Source: Vermamoeba vermiformis (taxonomy: Eukaryota). Taken from it: a DNA stretch of 33,473 nucleotides. This document shows, piece after piece, positions 1-10,598 of this stretch. Under the pieces are notes generated by a model. That model saw only the letters and a program-made list of their open reading frames with translations. It made no database searches and was not told the DNA's origin. The translations under genes were made by a program, and so were the position numbers. Numbering within the stretch: the first letter of the stretch is position 1; each line of letters starts with the position of its first letter. The stretch is taken from positions 744,001-777,473 of the forward strand of contig JBEWZL010000077.1 in NCBI GenBank assembly GCA_045837725.1. The letters are read 5' to 3'.

Positions 1-46
1 TAAGTCTGGCTATGCGTCCTAATTATCATTATTAACATGACCTTAG

Positions 47-2081
47 ACAAAACCTGACTTCGAGCTATTCCCTCAATTGGCTAAGACTTGGGACAACAAG
101 TAAGAGAATTTTCCGGAGGAGATCCGAAATTTTGGTTTTGCGCCTTTGCAAGATTGTACTTAATTTTGTTTACATCATAGGTCTCACTCTTTTCAGCTTT
201 ATTTCTTTGGTTACCCAATTATCGTAACGTGGGATCCTCAAACAATCCGCGAAGTTTCAAGGTACGCATCCGGCACTAAACTTGATAGTTTCAATGCGTT
301 CGGTATCAAATATCAATACTTCAATAATATAGAAAATATATATAAATTTTAGAATAATTGCGTTTTTGGACGTTTTGATCGATTTTTGACTTCGCTAACG
401 CCTCATTTTTTAACCTCACTACAGCAACACGGAGGTCTTTCACAAGGTCGGCAATTTGAGTTCGATATTGGACCGCCTAGCTGGATCTGGTGTGCTGATG
501 GTCGATGGTGACACGTGGTCCCGACAACGACGAGTAAGTCATGAAGTGATGGGGATGCGACGATCAAGTGATTGACACGTGTCATTTCAGGTGATGAATC
601 CTTCGTTCAGAATCACCAAGCTGAAATCACTCTTCCCTGCATTCACTCACTCTGGCCACTTGTTGATCAATGCAATCAAAGAAGAAATGAACGAGAACAA
701 TGGAAGTGTGAAGATGTATCCTTTGTTGACCAAGGTACACCTTGCCAATCTGTTCCTAAATGAACGATGTCATTTCTGACTCATTCTATAGATGACGATG
801 GAAGCTATTGGCAAAGCAGGTTTTGGTTTCGATTTTGGCAGTTTTGACAAAAATTCAGCGCTGGAGTTACAATCGTATCAATTCATTATGGACAAGATGG
901 CCGATCCTAAATATTTCTTCTCTATCGTGCAAAAGCTGCCAACGAAAGAGAACAAGAAACTCGAGGAAAGTTTCACCTCATTCCGCAAACTCGTGACTGA
1001 TTTGATCGCTAAGAAACGTGCTCAACCCAAAAAAGAAGGTCGGTTACTTAAACTAATGTTAACCTGTTGGGCGATATGTTGACATTTTGACACTGACACG
1101 TGCTTGTTGTAGGCGAAGAAAGTGACTTGTTGGAGATGCTCGTATCAGCGAATGACGAAGGATCAAAGATGACAGACGAAGAGCTGATTCACAATGTGAA
1201 CACTTTCTTCATTGCTGGTCACGAGACATCATCTTCTGGTACGTTGATATTTCTCTTTGTCATTGTCAATAACGTTAGTAACATGGTTATTACGCAGCAT
1301 TGAACAACACACTTTATCTTTTGGCGAAGAATATGGATGCTCAAGAAAAGGCACGAGAAGAAGTCAAACAAGTTCTTCACGGAGCAGATCCGACATACGA
1401 AGACATCGCACACTTTAACTACATTACTGCTGTCCTTAGAGAAGCTATGCGTATCTTGCCACCGTTGTTAGGATTCTCGAGACAAGCGATCGAAGACACC
1501 ACTGTCAACGGCTATCACGTGCCTAAAGGTACCATGTTCAGCATTCTCTCCGTCGCACTACACAACTCCGAAGAGTTCTACGATGAGCCATCAAAATTCA
1601 AACCTGAACGATGGATGAAAGAGAACGAGAACGAAAAGAACAATGCTGCTCCTTGGTACCCCTTTGGTGCTGGTAAGCGTATTAATTCTGAGAGTTAGAG
1701 TCACATTAAGATAATTGGACGGTAACGCAAATATTTTTGGCTTGACAGAGAAATTTTTGTAAAACCGGACCGCGAACCACCCTGGGTCTGATGCGGTAAC
1801 TTTGGAGTACTTACATATTGACGTGGGTATTGATGTATTTGTCTAAAAGGTCCTCGTATGTGCATTGGCAATAATTTTGCAATGACGGAAATGAAAGCGG
1901 TGCTGGCAATGTTACTGCAACAATTCAAGTTCACGCCGAAAGTCGAGGTAAGAGCTTTAAAATTGCCCTTATATATCCTTAGTTTGATCATATTCTAATT
2001 ATATTGTTCTAGCTTAAATTCCAGCAATCAATTACTCTCAAGCCAGTGGATTCGTACACGATCGGCGTTGAAAAATTGTAA
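47..2081 (+). CDS. Cytochrome P450, multi-exon, 5' end outside window
   Basis: Spliced translation gives the C-helix WSRQR, I-helix FFIAGHETSS, K-helix EAMR, PERW and the heme motif FGAG|PRMCIG (split by intron ~1673-1849). Stop TAA at 2079-2081. All junctions are GT-AG and in frame. Confidence 0.95.
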
Positions 2082-2161
2082 ATACTATTTAGCTAGTTTT
2101 TTGCTTAGATAAATAGTTACTCGTAGTCTAAATCGTTATTTCGCTATTTTAATTAACAAAA

Positions 2162-5100
2162 TTAAATATTTCCAAGCAATGATTGAGCTTCGTCTGCTTG
2201 AGTAACGTTAATGGATGCGGTAATAGTCTTTTCATCGGCTTGTTTCTTAGTTCTTTGGCATAATTGCGAGCCCTTGATTTTATCAACCCAAAATAATATT
2301 TGAGCCAACAAACAGGCCAATACGTCGACCACAGCCAAGCAGATCATGAATGTATCGTAGCCGTAGTTATGCGAGATCTTGCCACCAATGAAATTGACTC
2401 CTGCGAGACCTGCATTTTGAATAGCAGTCTAAAAGTAATGGTAATTAGCATGTCTTAACGTCAAAATATTTATAAATAAGAAATTTAGATCCGATCACGA
2501 ATTCTCCGAATTTTTTCTAGCTTCGAGCTGAGACTTACCATCAAACCGTAGGCTATTATATTAAAAATAGTATATTAGTACTATTATCATAACAAAATCG
2601 GTCGTTTTATTGCTTACCAGTGGCGGTATTTTCTTCAGCAATAATAATCGGACTAAAATAGCAGCAAGTTAATATACATCCTTGCGTAAATATGATCCTT
2701 ATTATTTTAACTTACATAGCAGGCCACAAGCAGGAAGGCACCAAGCTATAAGCCAAGCCAATAACAGCAATGGGAATGGCAGGGAAGACGTAAGTTAAAC
2801 CGAGCATGAAATGCGCAGGAATAATTGCCAAACTGCCGAAGATGACTATAGGGCGATAATAATGCGATTAGTATCAATATATATATTAACAATATTTAAA
2901 TGAAACTAAAATCCGACTCGGATCGCGCCTTCGATTGATCCACTTGTTTGAATAAAATAGTTTTTAAGGGTCCTTATAATATTTCCAGATAAGGGTATAT
3001 TTATAAGGTTGTATTTAACTGTTCGAATAAGAAACTCAGTGAGAAGATTAATAATCATTTCATTCAGTGACCCTCTTGCGAGGGCGGAACGAAGATTTTT
3101 CATCATTATTTCCATTCGAAAATCATTAATTATTATTATTCGTATATCATAAGTTATCGTTTAGATATATATACAATTACAAAATCGTTCAAATTTTCTA
3201 AAAGGAAATTAATTTGTACTGGATCCGAGCGAAAGATTATTATTGGTGCTAGAATCATGAAATAATTATATGTAAACTACTTACGGAAATAAGGGCGTCT
3301 ACCAACAGCATCGACGAGTCTGCCCAAGAATGGCGCTAAGATCATTGAAGCCAAAATAGGAATGCCCGAGATCTGTTCAGACCAGAAGTCTCTGTCCTTT
3401 TGATCGGGCCACAAGTATCCCCATTTATAAGGAATAAACTTACTATATTATAAATAACGTTAATTACATGTACTGGCTTGCAAAAAAAACTGTAGAAAAT
3501 TCTTCGAAATAAAATCCGTGTACAAAAGATGCCGAATTACTGATTATTAGCATTACTAGACTCATTAATAATAGCATAAAGGCTATTTGGGTATTATAGT
3601 ATAAATTACGCGAGTTCAAACTTTCAAAAATATTGATTAAGATCTGAATGTACGTACTCAGCAATAGCCACAAATGGAGTAACGGCAGAATAAAATACGA
3701 GAGTCAAGAATGACACGAGCCAGAATCGACCGTCGAATTTGAATACAGCCAAAAAGTTCAACTTCTCTGGTGGCGGGGCATTGCGCTTGACAACTTTGTC
3801 CGCGTATTTGTCCATAATGGAGTATATAATAACTGATAGGAACGAAAGACTAGTCAATGCGACACCTAATACGAATTATATTAGTCCTTTAAAATATTCT
3901 AAAAACAAAAAAATTTCAAACTCAATCCGGATGCGATCCAAAATTTTGCTTTGAATTCAATTAAGAGTAATATATAGATAATACTATTATGACCTACCAG
4001 CCCACAAAGTAGCTCGATAAGTTCCGAACAATCGAGCAATATTGCCTCCTTGAGTCACAGCGAGGTAATCGCCCAAACGAGACAACGACAATACGATACC
4101 AAAGGCCATGGCTATATAATAAGGCACATATTAGTATCATAATATCATAATGATATCATCGGAATGATATAAATGCATTACAGAGACGTACCCATTTCAG
4201 CACCGTTGAACCAACGAGCAACCATGGCAATTTGAATTGTGTTCAAGACTCAGCGCCCATACTATATTATTGAATTAATACATTATACTAATCATAGTAA
4301 ATTAATTTAATGATAATTTAACCGGTAAATAAATTAAACAAAAAATTTTGTTAGCAAATCTTGATCGATAAGAAAAAATAAACATTTTTAAATGCGCTGG
4401 CAACACTAAGTATAGCAGAGATATGTTAAATGTAAATGAACGTACCCGAATACAGTTCGGCCAATAGCCATGATTACGTAAGCATTTGAAAAACCGGGCG
4501 CGAATGCCACGATAATGACACCAGCGAGGGTCAGCGACACAAAAATAAGACCTGCTAGACGCAAACCGATTTTATCGCCTGAAAAATAAATATACATTAA
4601 TATTGGGAAGTCATGCAAGTATTTACAAAAGATTTGATCAGCGCATCCGAAATTTGAAATTTAAGGATCTCGATTAACCGATAATTTAAAGTACTATAGC
4701 ACTATACATCATAATAGTAAATATAAGGTGTTCGTTGATTACCTAAAATACCGCCAAAAAATACGAGAATCATGTTCGGAATTGAATACACTGAATACAG
4801 CACTGTAAACTTCTCAGTATCGATGCCGAGGTGCTATAATAATATACAAAAGTGTTATTATAATAAGTATTAGGTATTTTAAGCTTATATAGAATGGTTA
4901 TAAAGCTCGATCGTGGATTCGTGTTGATCCACGAAGGTATAATTAGCAGCTAAATAAAAATTGCAAAAACGAAAAATAAAGAAAAAATTATTATTATATA
5001 ATAGCATATGATAGGTAAAGATTGATAATATTAATTAACTTCGTGACTTTTTAGTCAAATATCTAGATCTGCTTAAATAAATGTTTCTAACGTATGATAG

Positions 5101-5275
5101 TACTTACAACATCCAAATCATTGGCAATTGGTTGAATTTCGTCAAAACTGAAGTAAGATCCAAAGCAGATCAGCGAAACAACGGCTAGCACCGTGTAACG
5201 GTAGAATCTGCGAGTAGGATGAAAAAATCCAACGTTATTATATAAATTTATCTTTAAATTTCTAGTCTGTTCCAT
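2162..5275 (-). CDS. MFSD1: MFSD1-like major facilitator superfamily (lysosomal-type) transporter; apparent 1-nt deletion at ~4246
   Basis: Spliced peptides LICFGSYFSFD, LYSVYSIPNMILVFFGGILGD, GRTVFGMGAES(L), RWFNGAEM, LWPA and TAYGLMTAIQNAGLA follow the MFSD1 family pattern. Includes a 14-nt microexon at 2539-2552. The start codon is less certain because a splice acceptor lies just upstream of the ATG. Confidence 0.88.
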
Positions 5276-6679
5276 TGTACCTATATTAGAAAAAGAAATA
5301 ATTATTTAATTAACTAGATCAGCTCACTGGAGATTTTTATACGGTATAAAAATCGATTTTCTAAATAAAGGACTCGGCAAATATTTCTAAAATTATATTA
5401 TATATTCATTATATATATTTTAATATTGTTGTTGGATTTGATTTCGAGCTAGATTTGATTGATCTGCGCGCCATATTTTGTTGGTTTATAGTGGAATTGT
5501 AACGTACGTTATGAAATTATATACGATCGTCCTGTATGTAGCAAAAATAATGAGCTGTTGCTTCTAATTGCGGGATCTGGACGAAAAAAATCTGTCGGAT
5601 AGACACCCACCACGAAGTCGAAAACCGCCCCCGCCAACGGGCACACAGAAAAAGGAAGAAAAAGAGCAAGCGGAGCGGGGACTCACTGGCTCCAGTATTG
5701 AAAGATCGTGCACAATTGTTCGTAACCAAACGGCTTTGTATGTGCTCTCTTACTGATTGTTCTAATTATAGTGTAATTGAGGAATGTTTCATATGGTCAA
5801 GCTATAATTAAGAAAGAGAAGGTAGGTTTATCGACAGTTTATGTGGAATGGGAAGAGGAAATATTTTTAATATTTTATTTAAAATAATAATTTATTAATA
5901 TTCATTTTTTGACTGGGAAAAAAAATAAATGGCGGATGAGATCCTGAATTCTTCCTTTGCCAGAAACCAAATAAGTAGTCAAAGTGTTATTTAAAAGTGG
6001 ATTTCTTGTATTGATTGACTTTGCCTAAAATTTTGTGAGTTAACTTATTGCCAATCCTAGGCCAAGCGCTTTACTGCAACATATCCTCGTCAAGCTTTTT
6101 AATATGTTAGACGGATTTATGTGCAGAATGAAATATATGTTCTCATCAAGAAACGTATTTTTTTTGTAAGTTGTACTGTAACAGCTGTATGAATCATTAT
6201 GAAGGACAAAATTAAATGTATATAAGATGAAAAGCCTTTGTAAAGATGGCCGTTTCGTTCTGCTCGCCCGCTATTCTGGCTATCATGCTTTCCATTGGCC
6301 TGAAAGAGCTAGATAAAAGTTAAAATTGAAGATAGAATTTGAAGTAGGGCGCTCGGCGGAAGTATTTTATTTCTTCTCATCCTATCCCCTTGTGATATCT
6401 CCAGTTGGAAGGACAAAAAAAATCCTCTTCAGCCCCTATGATTAATTTGTAATTACCAGTCTGTATATAATATTTTTTGGGTTGGTTTTTTTTGCTAATT
6501 TTTCTCATATTTAAGGTTTATTTTTTTTTGATTTTGAGGTGGGAGGATTTCGTTGCTTTTCTGGTATCCGCAATTGTAGTGGATAGAATTAGGAACTCCC
6601 ATAAATTTTTTGTACGTTCGTTCAGGATAAAATATTTGATTAATACTTGACGAAATTTTGTAATCCTGAAAACCCACAA

Positions 6680-6960
6680 CCTCTGCCCTCCCAGGGTGGG
6701 AATCTGCCGTTTTAGGTAGGGAAACCCAGATTTAAATTTAGAAAAGGCGGACGAGGAGAGGGCGGGGCTGAGAAACCCGGCTTATAGTCGCCCGAGGAGG
6801 ACTGTGTGAGGGAGGGAGGGCCCCGGAAGTGTCCGTCCTACCCGAAAAGTCGGTAGGAAAAAAAATACCAGGTAAAATTTACCTTACCCGGGAGTCGAAC
6901 GACTATCATCTGTCGCAAAAGTCCTGTCCCTTTTCCAAGCCGAAAAAGTCAGTTTTTTCA
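6680..6960. promoter_or_regulatory. GC-rich putative promoter upstream of the Costars gene
   Basis: Local G/C island (GGGCGGGG, GGGAGGGAGGG) with three AAAAGTC copies and short inverted repeats, lying directly before ATG 6982 in an AT-rich background. Confidence 0.45.
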
Positions 6961-6981
6961 AATTTATACTAACACGACAAC

Positions 6982-7602
6982 ATGTCTTACGACGCTAATC
7001 ACGACGTTGCTATTTTAGTTGAGCACTTCAAGCGCATTGCTGCCAAGCAGCCTGATGGCTCTTACAAATGCACTTTCAAGGACGTTTTCAAGGACGAACA
7101 ATTGGAGCAATTGTTGGAATCCTTGGTACGTATTATTTTAGCATTAAATTTTGCAGTAATGAGCTACAATAAATTACAAAAAGATTTTTTTTCAATTTGT
7201 CGTTTTTGATCAAAAAATATCTGTGGTTGTCAGAGCTTTATAAATATAAAGCCGCGATATTGCTCAAATAATTATTTAAAATAATATTAGACGTGGGATC
7301 AAATTTTATCTAATTTACTAACTCAATTTTCGAACAACGAAATCTGCACGCGCATCTAATTTGCAGCGATAAATCCCTTGATAAAATAATATAGATATTT
7401 TGCAATGGCATAATTAGGTTAGCTTATTTGCACCAATGTTTAGTATTTTATCGATGATCTCGAACTAACGGAATTTTTCCTGCGCATCTAGGTTGGTACC
7501 ATGAAGGCCGCGAAGAAGAAGGGTCTGTTGAACTTCAAGGGTGAAATGTTGTTGCAAGGTGCTCACGATAACGTTGAGATTACTATGCCTGCTGGCGTTT
7601 AA
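6982..7602 (+). CDS. ABRACL: Costars family protein (ABRACL/cosA homolog), 84 aa, 2 exons (6982-7125, 7492-7602)
   Basis: MSYDANHDVAILVEHFKRIAAKQPDGSYKCTFKDVFKDEQLEQLLESL|VGTMKAAKKKGLLNFKGEMLLQGAHDNVEITMPAGV* contains the diagnostic Costars motif LVGT.KAAKK...F.GE.LLQG.HD.V.I. Confidence 0.95.
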
Positions 7603-7922
7603 ATTTCTACTACAAGAAGAAAGTAGATGCCGCTCTGGCTCAAAGCAAACAACTTTGTAATTCTTAGCTTATAAACGCAATAATAATATACTACTTAAAC
7701 ATGTTCTATCAATAACAATCGAATGCTTATCTTCCTCAGGAGTCAAAATTTCCTTCTCGATCGGACAACGAATCCGAATTTAAGCTTAGCTGGTTGCCAG
7801 TAACTAGAAAAATTAGTTAATATCTTACAATATGGTGTATAATCTCGGGTCAAAAATAACAATATTGAAGATGTATTGAACAAGGTGTTTGACAATTCAA
7901 TTTACATTTCAGTAATTCACAA

Positions 7923-10484
7923 ATGACCACCGTGCAATATTCAACACAAAGTAAAGAAGCGATTGAATTCGTGGAAAAAGCGATTTTAGAGGCAAGCAGA
8001 ACCATTCATATTTATAGGGAGATGTTTTGAAGTGTTATCAAGTTGGATCTATTCAGAAAATTTTTAAAATGTAGATTTATGGTTTATTATTAAGCATATG
8101 TAATTGTTTACGATATGCACCATATTAACGTAATTTCTAAAATTTAGATTCTTGCATGGAGCGGAGATCCAATTGCCACAGTTGAATTCAGCGATTGCAG
8201 CTGACGAAAAATTCGGTAAATATTAATTATAGCAAAATTATCAATTTTATTATTATTAATAGGTCGAGGTAGGCTTTCCTTACTTGATCCAAGCCTCGCT
8301 GGATATTTTGAGCACTGGTGTTCGTGGCGACGATCAAAAATTAAATTTATTGTTGAAAAATGCTAGTAAGTATTTAGTTATGTATTACCGTAGTATTACA
8401 ATACAATTAACAACAGATCCATAAATATTTTTTATGGATGTCATAATAAGTTCATTTTTTTCGATATTTTACGGAGCTTACTTGCGTCTGCCATTACTTT
8501 AATTAATATATTTATTAAGGCGATAGATTATTACACGCAAATTCACGTGAAAAACAGCACTTTGAAGCGTTGAAATTGTCGAATGATGGGCGATTTGAAC
8601 CAGCACTCGAGATCTGGAGCAAATTAATTGCTGAACAGCCCTGGGATGTATTGGCACTCAAATATTATAGCGATGCGTACGTATAATACGAACGTTATAT
8701 TATTTTTCGTCGCGTGAATAGCATTGGATCCAGTTTAGTTTTTGCGAAGTTTAATTATCACCGGTTCTCCATACTAATGTTTAATTACGATGTAATTACA
8801 ATTGAATTTGGACTAATATTTCTATATTAGGCTATTCTACATTGGTCGTGTTAATGATTTGAAAGTTTTGTGTGAAAAATATCTCGACGAGTGGAACAAA
8901 CACAAAGAGCATCCACATTACGGGTACGTATAATATATACACATATATTATAGTATTATATTATTGGCGTTTCAAAAGTGCGACAAAAAATGAAGTGGAT
9001 CCAGAAATATTAAAATTTTGTGACACGTGCCATTTGAGCTTTCCGTGGCTCTTTCCTAATTTAGTAATATACCTAATATTCCGCAGGTACATCATGGGCA
9101 TCGCCTCCTTTGGCTACGAAGAGTTTGGACTGTACGACGAAGCGGCCAGGCTGGCCACGATAGGTCTCGAGTGCAACCCTCGCGATGGTTGGTCAGCTCA
9201 CACCCGCGCACACGTGTACGAAATGGAAAATCACGCGAGAGAAGGCATTGAATTCATGATGGCACGTGTCAATGATTGGACGGTAGGTCAAACTTTTCAA
9301 CACCTGTTCATCCGCCCGTTGAAATTTCATCGTGAAAATTTAACCTAACGAGGCTTAGTTGATACTTCGCTTGTAAATTTGCAGATCTAATCTTTGCAAT
9401 AATTTCGTGATTGATAATATTAATTTGCTCGTATTCAGCACGCGGTGTACTTGGCGTGTCATAATTTTTGGCACGTGGCTCTTTATCACATCGAATACGC
9501 TGAATACGAAGATGCATTGAGTACGTAACAGAGTAGTAGAGCAATATTTCCTTATTTAGTAAACTGCCTAACATCGGTTCATGAACAGGATTGGCGGACA
9601 CTGAAGTGTTGCGACGAGCTTGCAGTTCAGGCGCGTTATTAGACATGGTCGATGCGTCATCGATATTGCTCAGATTGGAATTTCAAGGTGAAATTTCATC
9701 GTTTGTGAATGAAAGAGGTCTGCGAATCCAATTCTCATCGAATTAATTTTTAGGAATTAACGTTGGTGTTGAGCGATGGCAAAAAGTTTATCAAACTTGG
9801 GAGCCACATTTGCACGACCATATTTTGTCGTTTAACGATGCACACTTGATGATGGCCTTATTAGGTAATCATTGCCAAATATGGAAAGTCCGTACAATTT
9901 CCCACTAATCATTTCTAAAGGCTCCAAGCAGCCCGAAGAAAAAATCAACAAATTTATATCGTCTTTAGAAAAATACGTTAATACCAAATTAGGAAATGAA
10001 AAAACGACAAACCAGAGGTCAGTTTAAAAAACATGTGATCGATGTCAAACAACTAAATTTTTCCTTTTTTAGAATGTCCGAAGAAGTTGGTTTGCCACTC
10101 GTTAAAGCAATGCACGCTTATTCTAAGGCTGATTATAAAACAGCCGTTGATTTGTTGATGCCCATCAAAGACAAATTCATTCATATTGGAGGCAGTAATG
10201 CTCAACGAGGTAAGATTCAATACTTAAACTTTTTTTTTACACCTCAAAAACAAATACTTTTGAAGGGACTATATTTTTGAAAAATTTTATTATAGATTGG
10301 CCTTAAAAGCTGTTCTAACAGATAATTATTTTTAGACGTGTTTTTACAACTGACTATTATGAGTGCTATCAAAGCCAAAGACATCAAATCAGCAACAATG
10401 TTGATCAATGAGAGACTGGCTGCAAAGCCAAAGAGTCCTTTGAATGCTCGATTGAATGCACTTATTCAACAGTTGCATAGTTAA
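7923..10484 (+). CDS. TTC38: Tetratricopeptide repeat protein 38 homolog; probable GC-AG first intron and a 1-nt insertion at ~8171
   Basis: Spliced motifs PWDVLALK, FGYEE, NPRDGWSAHTRAHVYEM, HNFWHVAL, DMVDASSILLRL, FNDAH and IGGSNAQRDVF are characteristic of TTC38. Stop TAA at 10482-10484. Confidence 0.92.
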
Positions 10485-10598
10485 AAGTGGTTTGTGCATT
10501 AGCGGAACAATATGAATCAAACAATTTATTAATCACTATTTGTGATTCTACACATGCCATTCAGCAATTCATCACATATTGCTTATTGCTTACTTTTG

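Noticed and set aside
4911-4934. Intronic hairpin TCGTGGAT-N8-ATCCACGA
   Set aside because: A single 8-9 bp stem with no snoRNA boxes or repeat copies; not supportable as an ncRNA.
5517-6677. Short ORFs between MFSD1 and Costars
   Set aside because: No recognisable motifs or consistent splice structure; treated as promoter/UTR sequence, although a small gene cannot be excluded.
4240-8175. Programmed frameshifting, RNA editing or TGA recoding to explain the two frame breaks
   Set aside because: The indels have opposite sign, sit in short homopolymers and share no slippery motif. TGA serves as a normal stop elsewhere (18705, 19672). Assembly error is simpler.
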